From the IMG/VR virus record IMGVR_UViG_3300032320_002219, positions 1 to 58,892 of that record: 58,892 bases of DNA, one strand, 5' to 3'. Made by a program: the position numbers and the translations under genes. Shown piece after piece: positions 26,713 through 37,800 of the stretch. Position 1 is the stretch's first letter, and each line of letters starts with the position of its first letter. This stretch comes from a virus. Taxonomy: Duplodnaviria; Caudoviricetes. The notes under the pieces are model-generated. The model did no database searches and had not been told where the DNA came from. It saw only the letters and a list, made by a program, of their open reading frames with translations.

Positions 26713-27276
26713 CTATACAGCCATTGTATCCGACAGAAGCCATTCAATGGCTTTATCGACGCGAGACAGAAGGCCGGCGATGTCGGTGTCGTTGACTATT
26801 TGAGCGTCTACGAGATCGTCAGGGATTCCTGCCTCGCTGGGGTGCAGGCGGGCCTCCTCCGGCACGCCTGCCAGCGGCATGGGCCGCACTATCTCGATGA
26901 TGCGACCGCCGCGCTCGCGAATGGCCTTGGCCTCGTTGGCAAAACGGACGTCTGTGACGACGAAGTTCTTGTTCTTGCCGGCGTCAGCCATGCGCCGAAA
27001 CAGGTGTTTGACCCATACGTCATCGCCGAGCGTGCCGCGGCCCCACTCTGTACCAATAGTCTGGAGCAAACGTCGCGGCGATGCTCCCAGCCAGCCGATC
27101 GTCGTTTCCTTGACGTTTCTGTCAGCCAGCCGCTCTGCAGCGATGCCCGTCATGGCGGCAACCATTTCGTAAAGAGGGTCGGCGAGCGCCATGGCGATAA
27201 ACTGTCGCTCTTGCGACAGGTGCATTGCTGCAGTGTCTTTCCCCGCCCCGGCAGCACCAGCAAGTCCGATTAGCAT
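26713..27276 (-). CDS. deoxynucleoside monophosphate kinase
   Basis: GAAGAGKD, RRLLQTIGTEWGR, TDVRF.NE, H.SE. Confidence 0.92.
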   Translation of the reverse strand: MLIGLAGAAGAGKDTAAMHLSQERQFIAMALADPLYEMVAAMTGIAAERLADRNVKETTIGWLGASPRRLLQTIGTEWGRGTLGDDVWVKHLFRRMADAGKNKNFVVTDVRFANEAKAIRERGGRIIEIVRPMPLAGVPEEARLHPSEAGIPDDLVDAQIVNDTDIAGLLSRVDKAIEWLLSDTMAV

Positions 27277-27722
27277 TCCATCGCCCTCCCGTCAAATATG
27301 ATCGTGACACCAACGCTGTCGTTTACCCACCGCAGTCCCACGCCAGCAGCCATCAGCATCCGGTCTGCTGTGTCGAGGTTGTGCCGCCACCGTTCAGGCG
27401 TGGCCTCCCTCAGTCGCACGAGTCCAACGACCTGCCGCACGCCCGCAAGAATGATCCCGCGTGCGCAGTCAGTGCATGAAAACCACGGCGCGTACATAAC
27501 AGCGCCGGCCGTCGGCACCCCGCACGCGGCTGCTTTGTATATGGCCGCACGCTCTGCGTGCTCGATGATCTCGCTCTTGCCCGCAACGACATCGACCGCA
27601 CGGCGGTTGGCGGCATAGACGGCACGCTTGCCGGAGACAAGCACAGCGCCGACCTGCGTTCTGTCGTGAGAATTCCCCTTGGCGTACCGCAAGGCCTCGC
27701 GAAGATATTCATGGTCTGTCAT
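27270..27722 (-). CDS. dCMP deaminase-like protein
   Basis: VGAVL, HAE and SCTDC. Confidence 0.9.
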   Translation of the reverse strand: MTDHEYLREALRYAKGNSHDRTQVGAVLVSGKRAVYAANRRAVDVVAGKSEIIEHAERAAIYKAAACGVPTAGAVMYAPWFSCTDCARGIILAGVRQVVGLVRLREATPERWRHNLDTADRMLMAAGVGLRWVNDSVGVTIIFDGRAMEC

Positions 27723-28768
27723 TTGCAGAAGATTGGCAGCACTTTCGTGACTCTGCCGTGCTCGTGGTCGATGATGATGAGGCTCTGCGACGGCGGCTGG
27801 TACTCGGCCTTGATTCTGTCGGCGAATGCGTTGTGGCCAATCAAGCATCCGTTCGCCACGAAGCGATACGGGAGCCAACTAAAACAGTGCCAGTGCCCGA
27901 ATATGTCGAGGTCTGCCCGCTGCGCCTGGTTCCAGTTGCTGATGGCTTTGTTCGCTGGAATGGTCAGGCCGCCCACGCCGCCGCCGAACCGAATGGCGTG
28001 ACCGTGGTGCGCCCGCACAATGAAGCCGTCGAGGTTGATGTTGTTGAGGTAGCCCTCGCCCACCTGCCACTCGACGTTTGCTCGCCGTTCTTCTGCCGCC
28101 ATCGTCAAATACAGGTCTTGCTCAAAAGAGTGGTCATTTTCCGTCGCCATGCGGGGGAACTTCGTTGACCGGCCGTGGTTGCCGCTGGCCGTTGCAACGA
28201 GCACGGGGGCGATCTCGCTCATTGCGTCGATGACGCCGTTGAGCCTTTTGCCGGCCCACCGCTTCGCAGCCAGCGGGGCCAGCTGCGTCACTTCGACGAG
28301 GTCGTCATGAATATGCCCGGTTATAAAATCACCAAGGGCGGCCACGACGACCCGGCGGATGCCAGTCAGCGACTTCTCGTGCTCGATCAGCATCGACGCT
28401 TTTTGCACGAGCTGGGCGATTCTGCGGTCGGCGATTTCGAGCGTGTACTCGTTGAGGTTCCGACACGTTGCTGGGTCGACTCGCTCCTCGCAGTGCCAGT
28501 CCGAGAGCACGAGCACCGCCGTCGCTTCTGGTCGGTCGCCGGCGGGGCGCTTGCGGCTGATCTTCTTCGTGCCGACACCCGACAGAGCCGTGAGCCTGTC
28601 GTTGCGTTGCCGAGAGGCGTCAAGCTGCTTGAGCGCGGAGTCGTACTTCTTGCGAAGCGCCGACAGTTCGTCACGCAGCCTGGAGTTGTCCGCGTCTCGA
28701 GCGACTTCTAGGTGTCGCTCGAATGCAGCCAGCGGCTGATCGTGTTTTTTGATTTTGGTACGGGCCAC
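27719..28768 (-). CDS. calcineurin-like metallophosphoesterase with coiled-coil N-terminus
   Basis: SDWH, GD, GNH, HGH, GHWH. Confidence 0.88.
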   Translation of the reverse strand: MARTKIKKHDQPLAAFERHLEVARDADNSRLRDELSALRKKYDSALKQLDASRQRNDRLTALSGVGTKKISRKRPAGDRPEATAVLVLSDWHCEERVDPATCRNLNEYTLEIADRRIAQLVQKASMLIEHEKSLTGIRRVVVAALGDFITGHIHDDLVEVTQLAPLAAKRWAGKRLNGVIDAMSEIAPVLVATASGNHGRSTKFPRMATENDHSFEQDLYLTMAAEERRANVEWQVGEGYLNNINLDGFIVRAHHGHAIRFGGGVGGLTIPANKAISNWNQAQRADLDIFGHWHCFSWLPYRFVANGCLIGHNAFADRIKAEYQPPSQSLIIIDHEHGRVTKVLPIFCK

Positions 28769-28971
28769 TGCTGCTCCTTCAAGAGTGCCTCGACTGCCTG
28801 ACACACCGCGGCGAGCGTTATGCCGGCGAAGCGTCCGTCCACGAACGCCTTCTTGATTTCGCTGAGTCGCGTCTGTGCGTCTGGCGGCAACTTTGAGAAC
28901 CACGATTTCTTGGGGTCTCGAGCCATCGCGGCGTTTGCCGCCTTCAGAACGAAAAGCAGGTCTTTTGCCAT
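28708..28971 (-). CDS. hypothetical protein
   Basis: Coupled to the upstream gene. Confidence 0.6.
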   Translation of the reverse strand: MAKDLLFVLKAANAAMARDPKKSWFSKLPPDAQTRLSEIKKAFVDGRFAGITLAAVCQAVEALLKEQQWPVPKSKNTISRWLHSSDT

Positions 28972-29261
28972 TACTCAGTCTCCCGATAGCCAAGTGACCA
29001 GAGAACCCTCGCCAGATCGCGGGCCGATTCTGTGATGTGCTCTTCGCTCACTGTCGGATAGAGAACGTGCAAACACTCGTGGATAACGACCTCGAGCCGT
29101 CGGCGGTGCATGAGCCTGGAGTCGATGAGAATCTTGCGGATCGACTTCTTTGTGTCTTTGACGTCAGGCAGGTAGGCCCAGCCGTCGGCCTTGCCGCGGA
29201 GGCGTGTGAATCGCAGAAGCCAGCGCAAGCCGGCGAGCGTGAAGTGGTGGTCATCCGGCAT
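28971..29261 (-). CDS. small HExxH zincin-like protein
   Basis: EVVIHECLH. Confidence 0.7.
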   Translation of the reverse strand: MPDDHHFTLAGLRWLLRFTRLRGKADGWAYLPDVKDTKKSIRKILIDSRLMHRRRLEVVIHECLHVLYPTVSEEHITESARDLARVLWSLGYRETE

Positions 29262-29283
29262 GGCTATATTGTGTGCCGGTAGC

Positions 29284-29739
29284 CTATTGGGTCAATGGGG
29301 GTTTCTGCCCCTTCCTGGCGTTTGAGATCGCCCGCTTTACCAAAAGGCGAGCCGCCGTCTCGATAAATGGCAGTTTCCGCTTCACTGCCTCCTCCTTCAG
29401 CCAGCCAACAATTTCGTCAATCCGCCGCTCGCACTCGTCCGCACCCCACAGGTTCATTCTGGCGGCGTGTGCGTTGCATGAGCACCCCGGCGCGGCCGTG
29501 ATGCCGATCATCGAAAGCAGTTTTTTGAGTTCCGCGCCGGGGCCGTTGACGTTAATCTCTCGGGGATTTGCTTGCACAAGATCAGTTGGCGTCACGCCTA
29601 AGTCTTGCATTCCTTTTTTGCAACCAGCAAACGGCTTTTCGGCCGAGACTGCCTTCGGCACGACCGCGCCGCACCGCTCGCACGTCCAGTTGTCTGCACT
29701 GTCAGCCCATAAACAAAACAACCCCGGCGGCGCTGCCAT
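29284..29739 (-). CDS. Cys-containing hypothetical protein
   Basis: CERC, GPG.EL, CSC...MN.WG...C. Confidence 0.65.
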   Translation of the reverse strand: MAAPPGLFCLWADSADNWTCERCGAVVPKAVSAEKPFAGCKKGMQDLGVTPTDLVQANPREINVNGPGAELKKLLSMIGITAAPGCSCNAHAARMNLWGADECERRIDEIVGWLKEEAVKRKLPFIETAARLLVKRAISNARKGQKPPLTQ

Positions 29740-29744
29740 TTTTG

Positions 29745-32700
29745 TTACTCCCTAGTAGGTGTACCATTGCTGTGATCCGGGCACGGAGACGGCGTAGCGT
29801 GTCCAAGCGAGAGCGTCGGCCCGTGTTCGATTACTACCCAATCGCTCCCGCGCGGAGGGTCGTAGTGATTCTTCCTCAACAGCAGAGCGTATGGAGTGCA
29901 TGGCGCGCCCGCTCCGGTTGTCGGATCAATCGGCGCTCCCGGCCCGTCAACCCCGGCTTGCGGGCATGAGCCGCCCCATCCCTTGTAGAGTGGATACGTT
30001 CTTGTCAGCAGACTGTGATAGCAGTCCGAGAAAGCGCACACGCTGCTACGTGGGACGAACTCCGGCATCGTGCCGCGCTCGACCGTGTGGGTAGACCGGG
30101 ATTCGTGGTACCAGTTCCTAGGCGCGGTTCCCTCCTGCGTCGGCGGGTCAAATACAGACCGCTGCCCCCATCCAGCGTGCGCGAGCAGCCTCCACTCAGG
30201 GCACACAGGCCCGCCGACTGGGGTGTCCATTAGCATCCAGAAATACCCGGCAGACTGATCGGCGTAGTCCCGTCCACCAACGGGGATTCGCTCGCCGGGG
30301 TGCTTCGGGTCGCCTGCCGACTCCGGGGGGGCGTCAACCGTCACCCCAGTCAATTCCCCGAAATGGTCAGACTCGTAGTTCGTGTCGAACGTACCCGTGA
30401 TGAACGCTCCGTACCCAAGCGTCGACCCGAGATACATGTAGGCCGACGGCGACCGCTTGCCAACTCCCATCACTGTCCTGAACATCATCCCGCCATGAAC
30501 AACTTCAAGTCCGGTGATGCTGCCGTTCTCGTCAACGCTCGATATGCGTATAACGCATTTCGGCTGTCTCGGAGCGATTGGCTCTAAATATTGCCCGTTC
30601 TCATAGTCGAAAATAATCGACACGTATCCAGCGTTATTCAACGTAGCGCGTTCGCCGTCGTACCATGCTCCGTTGGGGCAACTTTCTGGACTGTCTCCGC
30701 CAGTAATCGACCACATATCGCTAACCGGCTTCCCGCCTTCTGGATAGACCTCAAATGTTTGCCCCTCCTCGTAGCCGCTGCCTCGTTCGCCAATAAAAGC
30801 ATCCGTAACCGGGAAGTAGGAAAACCTATTGTGATCTGGCGCGCGCCCCCCCCAGTCAATCGCCGGGTTAGGAAAGTTGTGAACGCCTTCAAACGTATAA
30901 CCGGCAATAGTAGCGCCTGACCCGCCGCCGATCTGCGGCACAGCCGATGGAAGCGTCGGAGGTTCGTGATACTTGTCACGGTAGCAGTACCCGCCGCCAC
31001 CGGCATAAACCACGCCACCGGCAAGGTAACTCCCGAAGTCTGACTCATTGCCGCCCGACGGCCCGAACAACGGCTTTACTGCCGCCCCGCCACCGGCGCA
31101 TCGAGGGAACGGAGGAAACAATGCCCGCACTCGCTCTATCCCGCCGGTCTCAGGCATGTTGTACGGCCACTGAGCGATTGCTACCTGAATAAACGTCTCG
31201 CACTGAACCCTTGAAACCCGGATCGTGAGCGTAGTCAGGTTACTTGTGTTTGCCTGCCCCTCGGTGTCTGGATGCCCCATGAGGCACGGCACAGAGAGCC
31301 CGCCCTCAAGGAGACTTACGTTTGCGCCTCTCGCTGGCACGCCGACCCCTGTCCAAGTCAGATCACACAGGACGTTCGCCTTCCAGCGGTACTTCCCTCT
31401 CTGATCTGGCTCCGAACCCGGCATCCGCTGAAAGCATGACGCAATGCAGTTGCCTGCGCCGTCTGTCTCGTCGCATGAGTAAGCCGTGGCGTAGCCGAAC
31501 GGGAAGTCGCTCCCGCGAATCCTCCAATCAAGGATTCCACCTTCCTCGTCAACGTCACTGACAACCGCGATGGCGTGCTGCGGAACGCCTTCCTCGTTCT
31601 CAATGATCTCGCACGGCGGATCGTCGCAGTAAAATTCAATAGAGTCCCCAACCGTGTAGCCGATTCCGGGCAACTGCACCGAGCGCGGATGGCAGAGGAC
31701 TCTTCCGTAGCCGACGTAGAAACGCGTCTGCTCCGCCCGCGACTTCGCCCTCATGCACAGCGGCGGGTCTTTGTATTCTGGATTTTTGAAGATGGGTACA
31801 ACGTAGACGGAGACAATGGCTCCGTTTTCGTCGACCTCCGAGATTCGAAGCCGCTGAAACATTCTTGCGGCGGGCGTGCCGTCTCCAAGTTGTATCTCTT
31901 CGCCCGTGTACCCGTACTCGTCTACCCAACTCGGACGGTACGGAGGCATGCAAGTCATGTCGAACTTGCCGAACACCGTCATAATTTCGCCGCCGAGCCA
32001 CGGCCTGCGGATATCGAAGTCAACTTCAAAAAACTCACCCACTGAGTATCCGTACCCGCCGTCCCTAACCTCAACGCTGCCTACTCGCCACCAAGTCGGG
32101 AACCGGCCTTCGGTGTCAGCCTCGTAGTCACGCGGGATGAGGCGCAGGTACAAGTCGGCCGACTGCATTTGCGCGACTTGTGCCAGCGTTGGCCTAGGCT
32201 GACTCTTCAAGCCTTCGTGGTAATAATAAACGTGCGGCTTCACGACGCCTTGATTTGTGGTCGTGCATTTTCCTCGCACGCAAAACCCAAAACCAAAGGC
32301 GCTGTACCAAGGATTGCGTTTTCCGCACCTGTAATCAACGCAATACTCCTCTCCCTCTGGCGGGAACATAACGTCCCAGCATTCGTATGGCGGCCCCAGC
32401 AGCACCCACGTTCGCCGTGGGTCTACGTTATAGAGCAGTTGAGCCTCGGTAACGCCTCGATACGGCGAGTCCGCCGCATTATCTGGCAGCGGAACCTGTC
32501 GGTTGATGCGTGCCTTCAACTGAGGGCGTACATAAATCTCAGGACGGTGGCAGACGTAGGTTCCGTTTAGGTCGCCCTCGTAGGAGAGGTTCACTTGCCG
32601 GGAACCACCGCCGCAAGGCCCAGCATGAAGGCAGTCGTTCGCTGGCCGCGTGCAGAGAATTCCGCTGATCTCACATAGTTTCCCCGGATCGACAATCCAC

Positions 32701-33191
32701 CGAACTATCTGGATATCGAGCAGGTTTGACTGACGCCCGAACCCGTAGTCGCTCGTCATAAGCCGCGACCATGCCTCTTGGCAGGACTGCGGCTCTCCAT
32801 ATTGGTCAAACGGCTCACACCCCGGAACGCTAAAAACTGCCGTAGCGGGCGGGAACGACGCCGGAGGCCACCAGTTGAGCGAGTCTCCGTTGAAACAAAT
32901 CCAGTCAAAGAACTCTTGAAAGATACCCATGTCGCGGAGTGTGCCGGTGGGCCTTCCACTTACGGCCATCGCGTCCATGATGGAGTGCAGAAACATGGAG
33001 TCGTTGCACACCCAACACTCGTACATTTCAGTTCCAGCATACGGCTTCCCGGTTATCGGTCTGTAGTGGTACGGCGCGCGTACCGTCTGGCCAGCCATCC
33101 CCGAAACGGTGGCGGTTACTGTTGTCGGGGTGCAGCAACGCATCTCCGGGCAGCAGCAGTCGTTCTTTGAATCAACAAGCATCCCGCTCAT
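29745..33191 (-). CDS. large Cys/Gly-rich tail-tip protein
   Basis: 1148 aa downstream of the TMP; repeated G.GY motifs. Confidence 0.65.
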   Translation of the reverse strand: MSGMLVDSKNDCCCPEMRCCTPTTVTATVSGMAGQTVRAPYHYRPITGKPYAGTEMYECWVCNDSMFLHSIMDAMAVSGRPTGTLRDMGIFQEFFDWICFNGDSLNWWPPASFPPATAVFSVPGCEPFDQYGEPQSCQEAWSRLMTSDYGFGRQSNLLDIQIVRWIVDPGKLCEISGILCTRPANDCLHAGPCGGGSRQVNLSYEGDLNGTYVCHRPEIYVRPQLKARINRQVPLPDNAADSPYRGVTEAQLLYNVDPRRTWVLLGPPYECWDVMFPPEGEEYCVDYRCGKRNPWYSAFGFGFCVRGKCTTTNQGVVKPHVYYYHEGLKSQPRPTLAQVAQMQSADLYLRLIPRDYEADTEGRFPTWWRVGSVEVRDGGYGYSVGEFFEVDFDIRRPWLGGEIMTVFGKFDMTCMPPYRPSWVDEYGYTGEEIQLGDGTPAARMFQRLRISEVDENGAIVSVYVVPIFKNPEYKDPPLCMRAKSRAEQTRFYVGYGRVLCHPRSVQLPGIGYTVGDSIEFYCDDPPCEIIENEEGVPQHAIAVVSDVDEEGGILDWRIRGSDFPFGYATAYSCDETDGAGNCIASCFQRMPGSEPDQRGKYRWKANVLCDLTWTGVGVPARGANVSLLEGGLSVPCLMGHPDTEGQANTSNLTTLTIRVSRVQCETFIQVAIAQWPYNMPETGGIERVRALFPPFPRCAGGGAAVKPLFGPSGGNESDFGSYLAGGVVYAGGGGYCYRDKYHEPPTLPSAVPQIGGGSGATIAGYTFEGVHNFPNPAIDWGGRAPDHNRFSYFPVTDAFIGERGSGYEEGQTFEVYPEGGKPVSDMWSITGGDSPESCPNGAWYDGERATLNNAGYVSIIFDYENGQYLEPIAPRQPKCVIRISSVDENGSITGLEVVHGGMMFRTVMGVGKRSPSAYMYLGSTLGYGAFITGTFDTNYESDHFGELTGVTVDAPPESAGDPKHPGERIPVGGRDYADQSAGYFWMLMDTPVGGPVCPEWRLLAHAGWGQRSVFDPPTQEGTAPRNWYHESRSTHTVERGTMPEFVPRSSVCAFSDCYHSLLTRTYPLYKGWGGSCPQAGVDGPGAPIDPTTGAGAPCTPYALLLRKNHYDPPRGSDWVVIEHGPTLSLGHATPSPCPDHSNGTPTRE

Positions 33192-33194
33192 TGG

Positions 33195-33686
33195 CTAACA
33201 CTCCAGCGCTATGAGGAGCCAGAGTTTGCCGTACGGCCTCATGATCGGCACATCTGGGCCGTCTAGGCTGGAGATGACTTGGCCCGTGTCGTATTCACCC
33301 GGCAAGTCACTGATAGGAACGATGGCACACCACTTGATAAGGTCGCCCTGCCCAACTGGAATATGCGAAAACCAGTTGATGGCGACCGCGAACACAGGAT
33401 CGCCGAACTCGTCGGTCTCAGGAACCCAGTCGGCGGGGCCGGCGGGGTTGTCCGGCTGTTTGAATAACTGCACCGCTTTTACGTTCAGAGGCGGTTCGTT
33501 CGGCCACGGACCGGAGGTTTGTGCGAGGCGGATGGGAAGGCCGCCAGAGGCCGCTGCGCGACGCGGAATGTCCTCAAACCGCGCGTCAAACTTGGGCGCC
33601 GACATCGAGGCGACGCTATTTCTGCGTTCAGCAACGATGTCTCGCAGCTCGCTGCGAAGCCCAGGCCCAATCAGAAAGCCGCTCAT
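33195..33686 (-). CDS. minor tail protein
   Basis: Synteny. Confidence 0.55.
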   Translation of the reverse strand: MSGFLIGPGLRSELRDIVAERRNSVASMSAPKFDARFEDIPRRAAASGGLPIRLAQTSGPWPNEPPLNVKAVQLFKQPDNPAGPADWVPETDEFGDPVFAVAINWFSHIPVGQGDLIKWCAIVPISDLPGEYDTGQVISSLDGPDVPIMRPYGKLWLLIALEC

Positions 33687-34849
33687 CTGAACCTCAAGTT
33701 CAGGAGTCCCATGTTGAACGTCTTGTACATCTGGTACCTGCGGACGAGCACGGGATCGGGTATCTGAACTCCATTTCTCATGCGTGTCGCTGCCGGGTCT
33801 CTCGGAGTTCCGTCCTCGTTGAGAGGCACTGGAGACGCGGATGGCCGCTGTGACGCCCGCGTGCCGTTTTCTGTGGGCGTAGTGATGAGGACGTTGGCCC
33901 TCATTTTTCGCCCGTTCGTTCCTCCGGCGATTTGAACACCCGGTGGAAAACCAGGGCCGTTCCAGTTGTTCGGCCAGTTTTTTATTGCACCAGTCTGCTC
34001 ATTCTCTAGCTCAAGGTGGCACGCGCCTTTGTCTACATCTTGCCCGAATTGGTTGATGATGTTGAACCCAGCGAGCGGAATCGCAATGTCCCACCCGAGG
34101 AACTCCTCTAGGTAGTTGTTGTAGTTGGCTTTGTACGCGAACTCGAACGTGCCGATCCACCCTCTCCACTTTCGCCTCCCGATCACCTCTGCGTGCGGCT
34201 TGAAAGACACGCTCCTGAAGAGCACGCTTCGCGGAAATAGATCGAGCGAGCCGAGCTTCCCTTGGTTTTCGTTTACCATTCCGACGTATTGCGAGTATTG
34301 AGTCTGATCGCCGGCGCAATACTGCTCGACGCTAATGTTGACGATCGGCTGGAGAATCGTGAGTCCGTCTACGATGTCCCGTGCAGGGTTGAACGCCGGC
34401 ACGGCGACTCCAGCCTGGTTTCCCCACCGAGGAATCCACCACCACGACGGAACCTCGATTGTCGTCGTCGAGGTAGACCAGTTGGCGGAGCGCAGGTCCG
34501 GGGCTTGCTCTCGAGGGTCTGGCTCTGTGTTGTTGTCGCCGGCTTGATCAAGCGCGATCGCCCCGGATGGTCTGTAAGTGAGTGTTACCGTGTACGCAAG
34601 CCGACTGTCTCCGTCAGGTGACACAGAGACCGACTCGCATGACGCAAAGGAGTCAAGCGGGTGAAGAGTTCCGATGCCCGTAAACTGGCCGTCCAGGGAC
34701 GTTATGCCGGCTGCTACGTCGACTGTGTTGATGTCGACTGGTGCGTCCAGCAGCATTTTGAAGACGCGCGTATACTGAACGCCACTGCCGCCGGCCGAGA
34801 GCGTCGCCCCCTGGCCCTGCGTCACTTCCTTGATGAGTTTTATCCCCAC
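33683..34849 (-). CDS. tail protein (distal tail/hub position)
   Basis: Immediately follows the TMP. Confidence 0.65.
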   Translation of the reverse strand: MGIKLIKEVTQGQGATLSAGGSGVQYTRVFKMLLDAPVDINTVDVAAGITSLDGQFTGIGTLHPLDSFASCESVSVSPDGDSRLAYTVTLTYRPSGAIALDQAGDNNTEPDPREQAPDLRSANWSTSTTTIEVPSWWWIPRWGNQAGVAVPAFNPARDIVDGLTILQPIVNISVEQYCAGDQTQYSQYVGMVNENQGKLGSLDLFPRSVLFRSVSFKPHAEVIGRRKWRGWIGTFEFAYKANYNNYLEEFLGWDIAIPLAGFNIINQFGQDVDKGACHLELENEQTGAIKNWPNNWNGPGFPPGVQIAGGTNGRKMRANVLITTPTENGTRASQRPSASPVPLNEDGTPRDPAATRMRNGVQIPDPVLVRRYQMYKTFNMGLLNLRFR

Positions 34850-34851
34850 GG

Positions 34852-37800
34852 CTACAAGTCGACGACTACTCCTGTTGTGGCGCGGATTGCGTTCTCGATG
34901 GCCTGAAGCAAGTCAGACTGCTTCCGCAACTCCAGGAGGTTGACGTCCTTCGCGGCATCGTCACCGCGAAGCAGCCTGTTGAGCTCCCTCGCCCCTTCGG
35001 TTGTCTGGACGTCCTGGGCGTTTAGGGCCGCCCGAGACGGTCCCGCAAGCCTCGCGTTCATGACTTCGTCGGCGAATTGCGCGAGCAGAGGAGCGGCTTG
35101 TCGCGCTAGGTTGTTGGCTGCGTTCTGCACCTGCGACTGAACCTGGGCACGCGGCACTCCATCTGCTCGCATTTGCGCGGCGGCGTTGCCGATGTCCCCG
35201 GCGCTTGCCCGGAGTTGCTCTTCAGCACGCTGCCGCTCCGTCTTCATGAGTTCGCGGCCACGGGCTGCTGAGTCTTTGCGAGCACGCTCCCTGTCGGCTT
35301 CGTCTGCCTTGCGGCGCTCGTCTTTTACGCCGGGTCTGTTCTCGAACTCACGCTCCTGCTCTCGCCGCAGCCTGTCTGCCTCGGCCTTTGCCGCCTCACG
35401 CTCGGCGGCTGACTTCCGCTCGTCGGCCGCGTCGGCCTCCAGTTGGCGGATTTTTTCTGCCCTGGCAGCGGCTGCTGGATTTGCCCCGGCGGCGATTTCA
35501 TCCTCGAACTTTGTCCGCTCGTCGGCGATGGCTTTTCTTGCTCTTGCAGCCTCGTCGTCGGCGGCTCTCGCTGCGTCCTCACGGCGCTTCTGCTCTGCCC
35601 GAGCCTCGCGCGCTTGCGGCGACCTTTCGCCAAAGATTGCCTCGGCTTCGTTGGCCCGCCGGCGGGCAGCCTCTGCGGCCCCTTGCGATTCGGAAGCGAC
35701 CTTGTTCTGCAGATCGAGAGCCGCCTTGTTGGCGGCTGCCTGGAACGCACCGACAGCAATCGCCGCAGCGTTCAACCGCGCGGCATGGGCATCCATTGCG
35801 TTGATGTCGGTCTGAATGGTACTCGCAAGCTCGCCAAAGTTTTGCTGCAGCGCCTCGTCTCGCTGTTGTTCAAGCGACTGCCTTTGCACTTCCAGTGCAG
35901 TAAGCTCGCCCTCAATGTTAGAGGCAAAACCCTGAACTTCGTCTCGGGCGCGCTTGGACTGGGCGTCGAAGCCGCCGGCCCTGTTCTGCGTTCTGTCTAT
36001 GGTTTGATTTACGAAATCTTCCCGCTGCCTTGCAACTTCTTTAGCAAGTTCTTCAATCCGATCCGTGAGTTCCTCTGGAATGTCGGCTCCGGTTTGCGCG
36101 GCGTCGTCGATCTTCCTCTTTGCCTCTTCCATTGCGCGGGACAAGTCTGCCGCGGCTTTCACGGAGTCTCCACCGAGCGCAGCCGCCATTCGCTTATTGC
36201 CGCTCTGTATTCCGCCAACGACGTCTGCCCTGCCAATTGTTCGCTCGTTGAACTTTCGAGACGCCTCGATCTCTGCCTGCCGCGCGCGGTCGCGTTCGTC
36301 TGCGGCCTCGCGAAACGGCTCTAGCCTGTCCTCAAGCAACCTGCGGAGCTGCGCGTCTGCCTCGTCGGCCCGCTGTTTACCTGCAAGTTGCTGATCGACG
36401 CCAAGCGTCATGTTCTCTTGATCCAGCCGCCCCTGCTGCACCTCGCGAGCCAGATATCCAACGCGCCCTTGGCCCGCTTTTTCGCGCTCAAACTTGGCAC
36501 GTTCGTTTTCTGTCTCTCGCTGCAGTTGTCGGTCGCTGTCTTCCTGCTCTCTCCGGCGGCGCTTGGCCTCCTCTAGTTCGCGCCTCGCGCCAGGACCGAG
36601 TTCACGGTCTTCGGCAACGCGGTTGGCTCGTCGTCGGGCTCTCTCGACGTCCGACTGTGCTTCGCTGACGAGAGTTCTCGACAGATTCAGGGCCGCTTCT
36701 TCTGCAGCACGCTGGAACGCTGCCACAGCGATTGCGGCCTTGCCGACCTCGCCGGCCAGCAGACGAATCTTCTCAAGTTCTTTGTCGATGGCCGCGACGT
36801 CGGCTGCGCCGGCTGGGCCGCGAAGTTCAGCGCGTCGCCGGCGGTTTTCTAGCTCTTGGCGATCCGCCTCGAATCGGGCAGCGTTTGAACCTGCGAGAGT
36901 CGGCCCCCCGGCGGTTCCGGCGATTTGTGCTGCGGTGGCCAGCCTTTCCGCGGTCGGGACGAAATTCCCGAGGGCCGCGTCCCTCGCGAGGGCGTCTGCT
37001 TGCTGATAAAGCGATTCAAGAGCCTTGGCCGCAGTCTCTGCTTCTGTCTTGAGGGCAGAGATGTCAGCACTCGGGTCTAGACGCAGGGCTTCTTCAATCT
37101 TCTTTACTGCGTCTGCGAGGCCGGTCGCAGGCGCGCTGAACTGCTCTTCGAGACGGCCGCGGACGTCTCCGTCGAGCCGCAGCGCGGCCAAATCTTTGAA
37201 TACGCCCTTGATCTCTTCTTGGGCGATCAGCGCTTGCTCGGCAAAACCAGCGGCAGTGTCATCAGCGCCGTTGCGGATTACTTCCTTGAGCCTCTCGAGT
37301 TCGGCATTCAGTTCAACAATGACCTTTTCGTTTATTTGAAACGCTTCGACGGCGGCGAACCGGCCCGGAAGAGCAATCTGGAAGCCGCCCAGGGCATCCT
37401 CTAGTTGCGCCGCAATTCTGTCGATCGGATCAGCGGTCTGCTGCGTTTTTATCAGCTCGTCAAGCCGCGATTCAATGGCTTTGACAGCCTCCTGCTGCGT
37501 CGTCGGCGCAGTCACCCTCTCGGCGCGAAGTCCCGCAAGTCTCTCGCTGCGGCGCTGTTCGCCAAAGGGCACAATGGCAGCAGATTCTCTCCTGCCGAGA
37601 GAAGTTAACTCAGCCTGCCTTGCTCTCTCAAGAAGATTTCCAACGCCGGTCAGCCGCCCGCCCGGTGCCCTGCCGTCAAGAGGCGTTGTAGACCTCTCAA
37701 TTGCGTCTCGCTCTCGCTTTCGGAGTTGCTCAAGTTCTCTGGCAAGTCGCACTCGCTCACTGCCGGTGGCTTTTGAAAGACGCTCCTCGGCGGCAGCGCG

